From Azolla caroliniana (taxonomy: Eukaryota > Plantae > Polypodiophyta): a stretch of DNA of 64,000 bases. The stretch lies in contig JBHGNT010000001.1 of NCBI GenBank assembly GCA_043228905.1, forward strand, positions 17,360,001 through 17,424,000, read 5' to 3'. The position numbers and the translations under genes were made by a program. Under the pieces are notes generated by a model. That model did not search any database and was not told where the DNA came from. It saw only the letters and a list, made by a program, of their open reading frames with translations. This document shows positions 1 to 11,852 of this stretch, piece after piece. Within the stretch, counting starts at the first letter, position 1. Every line of letters starts with the position of its first letter.

Positions 1-1928
1 CACAAAATCCAATCCCCACTTTTGGAAGGGGTCTAATGGTAATATGGGCTGGTGTGGCATCCTTGTGCCCTCCATGGGCTGGCCCATCCGTTGACACAAA
101 TCACACTTTCTACAATACTTGGATGCGTCCTTTTGCATTGTCGGCCACCATAGGCCCGCCTGCCATATTTTCCGGGTTGTAACCTCGCCCGCGTAATGGC
201 TGCCTGTCGTGCCGTAGTGTGCCTCTCGTAAAACTGCTTCTTTCTCATCCTGACGTACCCCACGTCGCCAAATGCCATCACTTCCTTTGTGATATAAAAT
301 TCCTTCTACAAGGCAGAAGTTACGGCTTCGGACGGCTAGTCGTTTCTTCTCGTCCGTGCGTAGTTGTGGTGGAGGCAGTCCCGTAGTAAAAAAGTATGTG
401 ATTTCCATAAGCCACCGATCCGGAAAGGTCAATTCCGTTCTTTCCGCTAGTGCTGCTACCCGCAGCATGTCGGCATCCGGAAAATCGTCGTCGTCCTTCT
501 GTACTGTTTCTCCATTATCGAGTCTGCTCAAAAAATCTGCCACTGCGTGTTGCGTCCTCGGTCGGTGTTGAATTACAAAATCGAATTCTTGAAGCAGCAG
601 CATCCATCGCACCAATTTCCCTGTCAAGGCTTGTTTTTTCACCAAATACAGCAGCGCCGAATGATCGACGTGGAACGTGAATTTCCTCCCTAGTAAATAA
701 TGCCGAAATTTATTGATGCTATAGATCATCCCTAGCGCCTCCCGCTCCGTTCTGGAATAGTTACGCTCTGTTGTTGATAATTTGCGACTAGCGTAGTACA
801 CTGGCTGGTACCAGTTTAGTTCGGTGAGCTGCATTAGCGCACTCCCTATTGTTATGTCTGAGGCGTCGACGAACACGTGGAATGGCTTCGCCCAAACTGG
901 TGGTTGTACAACGGGGGCCTCTGTGAGCATTATCTTAAGTGCCTCATAGGCCTTGTCCTCCATTGCGGTCCATTGGAAGGGAGTCTGATGCATGACAACA
1001 TGTAACGGCGTGGTGAAGTCCGTCAAATATCGTATCATCCGACTATGCCACAGTATTTGTCCTAAAAACTGGCTGAGTGATTTCACGCTTGTCGGAGTTT
1101 TGGCTTGCGTAATCGCGGAGATCTTGTTCGGATCGACCGCTATTCCCTCCTTGCTGACTATATGGCCTAGGAGAGTCCCGCTGGTCACGCCGAAGACACA
1201 TTTCATGGGATTTAGGCTTAAGCGTGCGGTGCGACAACGTTCCAAGCACAATTGCAGATGCGTAAAATGGTCAATTGTTCTCCCATATACTTGCATGAAC
1301 GCCGGAATATATTCCCCAAAGATCTCCATAATTGTCCGTTGAAATGTTGTCGGCGCCATCTTTAGCCCGAACATCACGAGGACTGCCACATAGACTCCCC
1401 AGTCCGTGACAAATGTCATCTTCTCTCGGTCATCAGGATGCATGCGTACCTGGTTAACCCACTGAAGCCGTCTAAAAAATTGTACATCTCATGTCCTGCG
1501 ACGGTGTCCAGTACACTATCGGTGAATGGTGAAGGGAATGCGTTCGTAATGGTTACGGCGTTTAATTTTCGATAATCCACGCATACCCGTATTTTGCCGT
1601 TTTTCTTTGGAACGACTACTATCGGACTTAACAATGTGGCTTGTTTAACTGGCCGTATGAATCCCACCTTTAGGAATTTGGCAATTTCTTCTTTTACGCG
1701 GGTCGCGTAGTTCGGGTTCATGCGGTAGGGGCGCTGCCAGACGGGTTTTGCGTCGGTTGCTAAATTGATCTTATGTTGATAGAACTTGGGATCTAACCCC
1801 TTCATGTCCTCGTGAGCCCAAGCGAACACATCTTTATATTTCTTGAGTAGTGTAATCATCGTGTTTCTGTGGTCCGGCCTTAATTCCTTTGCGATGGAGA
1901 GGAAACGGGGTTCTGACTCCGTACCCAC
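1..1928 (-). pseudogene. pol: Gypsy pol (RT, RNase H, start of integrase), frameshifted
   Basis: ORF 1416-1928 contains KYKDVFAW...SPIVVVPKKNGKIRVCVDYRKLN...FLDGFSG. RNase H motifs FHVFVDAS and YYASRKL..ERNYS..EREAL and RWMLLLQEFDF are readable at about 560-890. Confidence 0.9.
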
Positions 1929-1958
1929 GTTTACTTCTTCCAGGGTGGAGGCGGTGAC

Positions 1959-4206
1959 TCATCGTGAAATTTCTATTTCCCTTTCGAATGCCGCCCGTGC
2001 TCTGCTGAGTTCCAATATGGACTCCGGGTTTGGTTTGTAAGCCTTGTTGTGGAGAATAGTGGTCGTGGCATATTCTGCCGCGGTTGCGATGACGTCGATT
2101 TTGAACAGCGGAATGATCCGAGGGTGCTCGTCTAGGTATGCCTCTAATTCTGCGTCCTCCACCCCAACCAGCATATTTATATCTTCCACGTATAATGGTG
2201 TTATACCCTTGGATTGTGGCGTGCTTCCTTCCGTAGGTACGCAAACCTTAGTGCGTCTGTGTCGGAAACTGATACACTTGTGTTGCCAGCTCTGCTTGAT
2301 ATTTGTTGCCCGAAGCCACGGTCTGCCCAGAAGCACGGGGTACGCCCCTAGGGTGTCCAAGGCGAGGAAGACCGCCGAGATGTTGAAGCAATGTCCGCCC
2401 ACGATAATGCCTATCTTGCGAATTAACCCCAATGGTTGTACTGAGCGGGTATCTGCCATTGGGAGCCAGAATGGGCAAGCCTCGCATTCTGAAATGCCTA
2501 ACTGCTCGCAAGTTTTCGCGCTAATTACATTAACACCTGAGCCGCCATCAATTACGCATCCAGGAATTTCTTGTCTGTGTAATATCAATGTAATAGCCGG
2601 GTTGTGGTGATCCACTACAGGCGGTCCGTCGCTAACGTTCGTAAGGTTTGTAGCAACGCTCACCCCGGGTATGCCCGTCACCCGTTCTTCCATGGTCTGG
2701 CGGAAGCGTGGGACTAGCTGCAACAGCTTCTCCATGGTTAACGTGATCTTGTAGCCCACTAATGCCTGCCAAATGGGGTCTAGGGCCGGTCCTTCGTCCT
2801 CCACTCTCTCCATCGTATTCGCGGACTCCTTCCGCATGCGTTTTGTATTGGTTGCGTTTGCTTTTTCCACCCATGCCTGGGTTTGTCGTCGTATCTCATC
2901 TTGCGCAGCCCAATCAGACATTTTTGTTTGTTGGCGTGTCGTGATTTGCTGCACTTCCGCCGTAATCATATTGACGGCGAGCCCCTTGCCCTTGCGTGCT
3001 GGGCATTGCGTGGCATAATGTCCGGGCTGCTGACAAACAAAACAATGGATGCTCAATTCGCCCTTCTCGACTACTGGTGGTGTGTGTCAATCCCCTGGTG
3101 CGACTTGCTCCTCACGGTCCAGCCTCGTTTGTCGGAACGCACACGGTGGTTGTTGTTGGTCCCGGCGTGGTTCTTGGTGTCGCTCATTTCCTGAGCTTTC
3201 TTCATATCGCCGGTGGTCTCGATATTGCCGCGGCTTCCGACAATAACCATTGAAGCTGCCACGTTTGTTTGTCGGCCGGTGATTCTCATAGCGCCGACCC
3301 CCTTTAGCATAACTCGGACGTCCACGGTAATCCTCATCCTCTAGTTCGTCTTCCTCGGAATCGTTGTGATTCCGGCGATTCCAGTGGTGTTGGTCGTCAC
3401 GTGAGTTGCAATCCACATACCGTGGTCGGTCTTCTTGCCTCCTTTGTTCAGTACGACGTGGGGGACGTTGTGTGTCCATGTTGCGTACTGTGGGAGAGGT
3501 TCTGTTCAACATATTGTATTCGCATTGGTCGACTGTGTGAGCCTTCGAGTGGTAGATTGGGCAGTGGATTCGCATGTTGCACTCCACTGCGGAATGCCCC
3601 GAGTTCAAGAAAATCGTGCACTGGATTGCTTGACGAAACTATTGTTCCTCGTCCTGGGGTAACGCTTGTCGTAAGGAGGACATAGAAAACCTTTCCTCCT
3701 CCTCGTCCAACTCGAGCTGTAACACTCGTTCAATGACCATATCCGTCGTTTCCCCTTTCATGCTATTGTTGTTGAGCGTTGTCCGTATGGGTCGGCGTAA
3801 TGCTGCTAGAAATGTCTCTCAAGCCTCGTTCTCCGTGGGGCTCCGTTCTAGTTTCCGCCATAAATTTTGGAAACGTAAGCTGAAGTCTGTGATCGTCTCG
3901 GTCGGCATTTACTTAATCGTGTAGAACTGTCCAAGGATTTCGCGTTGTGGAACCCTCCGATGGAAGAACCACAAGAAGGCGGACTACAGCTGATCGAAGG
4001 TCGTGATTGTTGGCAAATCCATCTGTGAATGCCAAAATGCCACTCGCCCATCCAATGTTAACCCGAACTCCGTCATTTACGACTAGTGTGCTACCGCCTC
4101 AGAAAGGCTCTGCGCCATGTGGTTCGCATTCCAGACATTGAGGAACATGCGAATATGGGTTGCGACCTCGGTTTCGCCGTTAAAGCGGGGATAGGCAAAG
4201 GCCATG
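1959..4206 (-). pseudogene. gag: Gypsy gag, zinc knuckle and aspartic protease, disrupted
   Basis: ORF 1959-3056 has CFVCQQPGHYATQC and CVIDGGSGVN...YPVLLGRPWL. ORF 3087-3608 has a further Cys/His knuckle-like and Arg-rich segment. The gag core at 3700-4206 is broken. Confidence 0.8.
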
Positions 4207-4477
4207 TTGGGGGCTACGGTGCGTCGGGAAAGACCACAGTGTTACTGTGGTGAGCGTGCTCCCCGCGTATCGTCGAGGTATTTGGAGAGCGAAGAATCAC
4301 CTTTCTAATCACGACAGGTAGTACTGAGGTCGTTGAGGCAAGGCTTTTGCCGTGCGCGTTCCTTTGCCTAGCGTGTGACGGACCATGTCATTGGCCGGTC
4401 TTGTCGTGTTGGTTCTCAGGGGCGTCTGCGGCTAAACATCCATTCGTCGTTGTTCGTTTGTGAGAAGACACAGATCA

Positions 4478-4489
4478 CCAAGCGTGCCA
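4478..4489 (-). promoter_or_regulatory. Primer-binding site of G1 (TGGCACGCTTGG)
   Basis: TGG-initiated motif 4 nt inside the LTR end; the cognate tRNA was not established. Confidence 0.6.
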
Positions 4490-4493
4490 AAAG

Positions 4494-4920
4494 TGTTACT
4501 AATTAGGAACACGGTCTTGGGTCAATCCTTCGACCTAGACCTCCAAGTGACTGTGAAACAACGAATGGTGGCGTCTGTGCATAATGCATAGGGGAATGTT
4601 CCCCATAACCTAGCAACGTATAAGGGAGACGGCTACAACCGACTCCTTATCAGGGGTTACACGCTCACGTTCTTACCTCTACACTCTCAAGTATTCCAGA
4701 CACACCGTAGATTAGTTGTAGCTATACACAGATATCAGGGAAGATAGAATTCTATTACGATACGCTTCTTTACATTCCAAAATTACACACTCCCTCTATC
4801 AGAGGTTTTCCGCCCTTTATATACACTTCCCGCGTGAACCGTTACATGCGTTACAATCTTATATATACTATTTCCTATTCCTGCGCTCTTGTCGGTCGGT
4901 TACTATTCCGGCGGACAACA
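4494..4920 (-). repeat. 5' LTR of G1
   Basis: TGTT...AACA termini, a minus-strand TATA (TATATAAAG) near 4817-4825, and an adjacent PBS. Confidence 0.8.
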
Positions 4921-7900
4921 TGAGGATTCCAACAATCTATCGGAACCTTTTTGGGTCACAGACATTTCTGGAGTCGGGGCGAAGCTTCATAGTTCTGTCG
5001 AGAGTAGTTGAGATGGACTTACAGTCTGCCATCCGGAACTTGAAGAGCATACTCAGCACGTAATGTCCTTGGCTGATTAGTATGCCTTCGGGGGTCTGGA
5101 TCACTTCGATTCCGAGAAAGTAATGAAGGTCCCCCAGGTCCTTCATATCAAATGATGCTGCAAGCTGGAGCTTTACGTGGTCAATTTCACCTAGGTAGAT
5201 GCCTACGATGACCAAGTCATCAACATAAAGTAAAATACTAACCGGCCGAAGTCGACTTTGCCGGACGAACAATGAAGAGTCCAATTTGGATGTTGCAAAT
5301 CCCATCCAACGCAATCACTGCATGATCTTCGCATTCTAGGCGCACGGGGCTTTTTTTATCATTAGTGCCTTATGGCCAACAAGGAGTGCGGGTCAGTACA
5401 TCGCTCGAATACGTAAAGGGACTTCTTCAACCGGCATACCGCCGAAGTGTTTGTTCCGGAGTGAAATCCGGGGGGATGTACCATGTACACTTGTTCCTGA
5501 AGCTTGCCTTGCAGGAACCCATTCTTTTCATCCACCTCATGTAAGTGCCACCCCTTCGCCACAGCTACTACAAGCAAAACACAGACTGTAGTCATCTTTG
5601 CAACCGACGCAAACGTCTCATCATAGTCGATGCCGTGTTGCACTTGTAGCCTTTTGCTACTAACCGGGCCTTGTATCCGTTGACCGAGTCGTCGATGTTG
5701 TACTTGACCTTGTACACCCACCTGCATCCAATCGGCTTTACACCCTTGGGGGTGTCAACCAGGTCCCAGGTTTCATTCTCCGCAAATGGGTTCATCTCTT
5801 CCTCCATGGAGGCATGCCAATTTGCATCCTTTTCCGCTTCTGCGTAGCTCTCCGGCTTACACACTTCCACTACATGTGTCATGTACGCATAGTGATGCGT
5901 CATGTACTCGTTGTATCTGAACCGCACAACAAGGTTCTTTTGGTAGGTAGATCGACGTAAATGCTCATTAACCGATGTTGAGGCCATTCTGGCCGACGCG
6001 AACTTCACTCTTTAAGGCCCATCATCGCTCTTCTCAGAGTCGGATTCGCGTCAATCCGACTCATCCCTATCCGTGCCGTACTCCGGCATCTTCTTCTTCC
6101 CCATTTCTTCATGCGTAACCCGTCTCTTCAGCTTCCTGCGTGGGGAATGCACGGCCGAGTCTCCACTACTCGCCAACTCTTCATCTGGTTGGTCAACCTG
6201 ACTCAGTCGCTCATTCGGTCCACTTAGCCGAAATGAGATCGGACTCTCTTCAAGAGTTCTGACTTCGCGTTCATTAGAAGGCATCTCAACCTCGTTGACC
6301 TCATCTTCAGAACTCGAATTGGAGTTGAGGTCCGGAGTCGGAGGAAAATACCAAGACGCGGACTCATTGAATACAGCATCGCGACTTACGCGAGCTTGTT
6401 TGGTTCTGGGGTTACAACACTTATAACCCTTTAGTTCGTCCGAGTAGCTGAGATACACTTCTTGGCTTTCACGTCTAGCTTCGTCCGCTTCTCCTTCGGC
6501 ACATACACATATGCGATGCTACCGAAAACCCTCAAATGTCGTAGATTCGGCTTCCATCCGAAATATAACTCATGTGCCGACACTTTTTCTCCGATCCGAT
6601 TCTGGATGTAGACCGCGGTTCAGACCGCTTCGGCCCAATAGAACTTGGGCATGCTCTTTTCTTCCAACATTCCTCGCACCACTTCCACAACCGACCGATT
6701 CTTCCTTTTGGCTACGCCGTTTTGCTCCGGAGTATACCTGCTACTAAATTCGCGCCTAATTCCCATTTGTTGCAGATAAGTGTTGAATTGGCCGGAAAAG
6801 TACTCTTTTCCACCATCCGACCACAAGCACTTGATCTTCCTCCCTGTTTCCCTTTCGACAAGATTTTTGAGGTTCCGAAAACAATCGAAGACTTCACTCT
6901 TCTTTTCGATGAGGTAGATCCATGTGTGCCGGGTGTAGTCGTCGATGAAGGAGACAAAATATCGACTGCCACCAAGACTCACATTCTATGTCAGTCCCCA
7001 TACATCTGAATGTATCAAGTCATGCTTATTTTGGCTCTGATTACGCTTGTTGGGGAAAGGAAGTCGATGTTGCTTCCTTAGCTGGCAGGCTTCACAAAAT
7101 TTGGGCCTTTCGACCACTGAATTTTGGCAATCCGAACACAACTTGTTTCGATTGCAGGTCCTGAAGCCTTTGGTAGTTGACATGGCCTATCCGCTTATGC
7201 CACAAGTCAATATCCGACTTGACTTTTTGCCTTTTCACGAACATGGCGGTGCCTACGTCATTGGTGTTGAGGATGAACATCCTCCCATCTCTACGCCCTT
7301 GTGCAATAACTTGGCCTTCTTCCTCGATGAAGCACTCGAGATGCATGAACCGGATTTGCATCCCCTGGTCGACGATCCATCCGACCGACACCAGATTCTT
7401 CGTAATTGTTGGGATGTGTAACACATTCATCAGCTTCCCTTTTTGCCTGACGTGGCTGAGGGCAACTTCACCGACATGTACAATCGGATGCGGATTGTCG
7501 TCTCTTGTTGCGATTACTCCCGGTTGTTCCGGTTTTTCGAGATATGAAAACCACTCTTTATGGTTCATCATATGGTTTGACGCTCCAGAGTCAACATACC
7601 ACACTTCATCCGATTTCGGGGTGGTCTTCTTCATCGAGTTCGCTTCGTGTCTTGTCACAAAGGCTGCCCCCCTTTCTGACTTTTTCGGATCCTTCGGCGT
7701 AGTGCGTGCACTGCCGATTTTCTTTGTTCGGTCCGTCCGGATCTGGATCTGGTTTTCTCCGAATCAGCACACTTCTTCCAGCACTCGCTCTGCTTGTGGC
7801 CTTTCTTGCCACACTACCAACATTCCATGACGTGTTTCCCTTGTCGGTTCTCGTCGCCTCCTCGACTCCCCCTGCTTTCGGAGGGTCCGGAATTGCTATC

Positions 7901-8311
7901 GGCATCACCATGATGCCTTCTTCCTTGCTCCCGTCGGCCCCCTCCATTGCACGCCGACTCGCCGCGTCTGCCACGACCACGGGACCTATTTCCCTCCGTG
8001 TACAACATCTTGCTATCGGTGTGCGTACTTGTCGACACACCCGTGTGATCCTTCGGCGTTCTTGCATCCCAAATGTAGCTTAAGAGTTGTTCGCTCACAC
8101 AGGACGCGAAGCAGTAGAGAACTCTGCTCGCCGACTATTCCTAGGCCGGGAAGTCTCTATGTGTCGATTCGGGTGTTGCATCATTCGCTCCATTGACATA
8201 GCTCTAGTAACCATGTCTGAGTAGGTACTGGTGCATCTTGTATGACCAAGATGCATATTTACTTCTGTCGAGCTTCTCAGTTGGAAGTGAACTAGCCATA
8301 ACTCTATCCAT
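4921..8311 (-). pseudogene. pol: Copia gag-pol polyprotein with stops, frameshifts and a deletion in gag
   Basis: Gag N-terminus (EKLDRSKYASWSYKM) from the ATG at 8311. Protease WYVDSGASNHM. GAG-pre-integrase LWHKRIGH. Integrase FVSFIDDYTR, SDGGKEY and TPEQNGVA. RT KPIGCRWVYKVK and ILLYVDDLVI. Confidence 0.9.
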
Positions 8312-8409
8312 TTTTTCTTTTCTCTTCTTCACCGAGATTAGGTTTTTTTTTTTTGTGTTTCAAGCTGAAGTCGGTTACAAAGGTTCTCAACCCTTGCACT
8401 TTGATACCA

Positions 8410-8763
8410 TGTGAAATGTTAAGTGCAGAAGCTATACGAAGCACAAAATACTGACAGAGAAGAAACACGTTTAATGGAGAGCTTAAGACATAATGTACAC
8501 GAGAGAGACAGAGAGGGAAAACAACTAAATTCAAATAATATGAAAAAGTTTGTACATAGGATGTGCTCAAGGAGCACTTTTATACAAGTCCATACGGACT
8601 AACAGAAGTATTGACATGCACTTCAATGGTCATCCAACTCCCAAATATATTTCCTCGCAGAATATCTATTCAACGGCCTCCCGGTTTCCGCACCGATCCT
8701 GCCTCTTGTTGCGCACCGATTTACGCACCGGTTTACGGCCAATGTTGAGCTTGTATCTCAACA
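8410..8763 (-). repeat. 5' LTR of C1
   Basis: TG...CA termini with the Met PBS directly adjacent. Confidence 0.75.
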
Positions 8764-9828
8764 CACCTCGAGTATGTGCCTCCGATTTGGCTCCCATAAA
8801 CCCTTATGTGAAGGCTTCACTGATTCGGTCATGTCGTCTGATGCAAATACTAGCATGTCTATATCTGAATACATCATGACATATGGAGGGGGAGCCGTAT
8901 TGTGGCAGTCGAAGCTGTAGAAGTCTGTTGCACTATCAACAATGGAAGCAGAGTACATGGTGGTTGTAGAAGCCGGTAAAGAGGTAATCTGGAAGAAGGA
9001 CTTTATTGGAGAGCTAGGGATCCAACAGGAGGAATTCCAACTCTACTGCGACAGTCAAAGTGTCATCCACCTCGCGAAGAACGCGACCTACAATTCCTGG
9101 ACCAAGCACATGCAAAGAAGATATCATTGGCTCTGGGAGACAGTAGAAGATCCATATAGAGTAGATCGGGTCGGACATGTTGACGAAGGTGTTGTTAGTC
9201 GACAAGCTAGACACCTATTGGAGACGTATCGAAGTGATGAGACATTCCATGTCGTAGTGAAGGGGGAGTTTGTTGGGAAACAAGTCCCTCTAGATGGGAT
9301 CCGGATGAGAATTGGAGGAGTCAGATCGAACGAGTTGAAGAAAGGAACTGGACCGGATGGATCCAGAAGGTATCCGGATACTGGATCGGATGGATCTGGA
9401 AGGAATCCGAACAGATCCGATATGAATCAGCAGATAGGAACATATTCATAAATATGTTTAGACATGACCGTTGAGGTCATATTTGTAAATAATCCTAAAG
9501 TCATATAAGTATAAATATGAGTTAGGGCAATCAGTTTAGGTAATGTTGTTATCATTATTGTTGTATAGATAAAAACTGAGAGAGTGAGAGATATATAGAA
9601 AGCTTTTCTGTTGTAACCGCCAGTTGGTGAAGACAAAGCTCGAGGTCGTTGCCTTCGAGTCACCCATTGTATCCTTCCTCTCATAGTGATAGTTCGAGTC
9701 TGTGGACCCCCGTGGTTTTTCCCTTTTAGGGTTTTCCAAGTTAACATCCTGTGTCGTCTTATTCCTATTTTCGGTTTTCTTCAATTGAGTGATTAAGACT
9801 CGGTTGTGGCCGAGCGTTATTCTTCATA
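8764..9828 (+). mobile_element. 3' end of Tork/Tnt1-like Copia T1 (RNase H, PPT, 3' LTR)
   Basis: VALSTMEAEYM...LYCDSQSVIHLAKN...TKHMQRRYHWL. PPT GTGAAGGGGGAG at about 9257-9268. The LTR is homologous to 17206-17747. Confidence 0.88.
9271..9828 (+). repeat. 3' LTR of T1
   Basis: Starts TGTTGGG after the PPT and aligns end to end with LTR 17206-17747. U3 has GGATCC-rich short repeats. Confidence 0.85.
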
Positions 9829-10116
9829 GCATCAAGGTTCTGAGATTTCAAGAAATGTTGCATCAAGTGTTCAAAAACATTGTTGTTATGAACCTCAGAT
9901 TTACATCATGGATCCAGTATATCATGGCTTTTCACAACGTTGCCTAATTTAGTACAATCTTCCAAAAGAATAGGGTGGAGTTGATATGAAGGGGATGTGA
10001 TAGCATGACTCTTACTTTCAGCCACATTGCCAACTATCTCCTCATCAGTTGCGGCGTCATCGGTGTTGGACACCTCATGCAAACACCTTAATCCACGAGA
10101 TTTTACAAGATTATGT

Positions 10117-11843
10117 CAGCTAATTAGCGGCTTCTCTTTAGCTACTACTTTTTCTCGTTAGGTGTAGCTACTTCTATGAAGTTATTTATCCACTACACTT
10201 GTGCTTTTCAATCGCCTTAGCTGACAACTAAAGATTGGCAGTAGCTAATAGCTACCACTCTTAATATTGCTTAGCTAATTAGCTACTATACTTAAGTATA
10301 GCAGTAGCTAATTAGTAATATCTCTTGATACTACTTAGCTAATTAGCTACATTAGAATAGATTGTCAATAGCGAATTAGCTACATTCTCGATACTAGTTA
10401 GCTAATTAGCTACGTTGTAGATTGCTAATTAGCTGCTACATTATAGATTGCTAGTAGCTAATTAGCTATATCTTTGCTAATTAGCTACACTTTATACTGC
10501 TTACTTAATTAGCTAAGCTGTAACTAGACTATAGATTGGCATAGCTAATTAGCTAAGTTGTTTTAGACTATAGATTGGCATAGCTAATTAGCTAAGTTGT
10601 AACTAGACTATAGATTGGCATAGCTAATTAGCTAAGTTGTAACTAGACTATAGATTGGCATAGCTAATTAGCTAAGTTGTAACTAGACTATAGATTGGCA
10701 TAACTAATTAGCTACCACTCTTGATATTGCTTAGCTAATTGTTGCTAATTAGTTGCTACACTCTCGATATTGGTTAGCTAAGATTAGCAATAGCTAATTA
10801 GCTATAACACTACAGAACCAGAATAACTAATTTGATACCACACATTATATGGTCGTGGCTAATTAGTTAAGTTGTAACTAATTAGCTACTACACTACAGA
10901 ACCACAATAGCTAATTAGCGACAACACTTTATACTACTTACCTAATTAGCTGCTACACTTTATACTACTTAGCTAATTTTACAAAACTAGAAAAGCTAAT
11001 TAGCTACCACACATTATATGGCACTAGTTAATTAGCTACTACACTACAAAACTAGAATAGCTAATTAGCTACAACACTTTATAGTGCTTACCTAATTACA
11101 CTACAGAACCAGAATAGCTAATTAGCTACTACACTTCATATTGCTTACCTAATGAGCTGCTACACTTTATACTACTTAGTTTATAACTAATTAGCTACTA
11201 CACTATGAAACCAAAATAACTAATTAGCTACCACACTTTATACTCCTTAGCTAATTAGCTGTTACACTTTATACTGCATAGCTATCTAATTAGCTATTAC
11301 ATTATAGAACCAGAATAGTTAATTAGCTACCACAGTTTGTACAACTTAGCTAATTAGCTAGGTTGTAACTAATTAACTACTTCAGTATAGAACCACAATA
11401 GCTAATTAGCTACCACATTTTATACTACTTAGCTAATTACCTACTACACTTTATATTGCTTAGCTAATTACCTATGTTGTAGCTAAATTAGCTACTACAA
11501 TACATAACTACAATAGCTAATTAGCTACAACACTTTATACTGCTTACCTAATTAGTTGTTACGCTTTATATTGCTTAGCTAGTTAGCTACGTTGTAGCTA
11601 ATTAGCTACCACAGTACATAACTAGAATAGCTATTTAACTACCACACTTTATACTACTTTGGTAATTAGCTACATTAGTACAGAACCACAATAGCTAATT
11701 AGCTAGCACATTTTATACTGCTTAGCTAATTAGCTACTACACTACTGAACCACAATAGCTAATTATCTACCATACTTTATACTGCTTAGCTAATTAGCTA
11801 AGTTGTAACTAATTAGCTACTACACTAATTAGCTAAGCTGTAA
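10117..11843. repeat. Minisatellite-like array of the 14-bp palindrome TAGCTAATTAGCTA with short variable spacers
   Basis: The core recurs about every 19-40 bp. Three identical 40-bp units lie at 10581-10700, with two further variants upstream. Spacer types alternate in the right half. Confidence 0.95.
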
Positions 11844-11852
11844 CAAATTTAC

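Larger units (their letters stand above)
1..4920 (-). mobile_element. Ty3/Gypsy non-chromovirus LTR retrotransposon G1 (Athila/Phygy-like), degenerate; 3' part lies outside the window; inserted in the RT of Copia C1
   Basis: Order gag-CCHC-PR-RT-RH-IN on the minus strand. 5' LTR 4494-4920 has TGTT...AACA termini and is followed by a PBS. Copia RT sequence resumes at 4921. Confidence 0.9.
4921..8763 (-). mobile_element. Ty1/Copia LTR retrotransposon C1, degenerate; inserted in the RT/RNase H of Tork-like element T1
   Basis: Order gag-PR-IN-RT. 5' LTR 8410-8763. Met PBS TGGTATCAAAGT at 8398-8409. Host Tnt1-like coding sequence resumes at 8764 (CACCT). Confidence 0.9.

Noticed and set aside
8201-8215. 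Second Met-PBS-like motif and LTR boundary (GCTCTAGTAACCATG)
   Set aside because: It lies within the Copia gag reading frame (HGY*SYV); the real PBS is at 8398-8409.
10117-11843. CRISPR array
   Set aside because: The spacers are repeated or related rather than unique, the repeat is only 14 bp, there are no cas genes, and the context is eukaryotic TE DNA.
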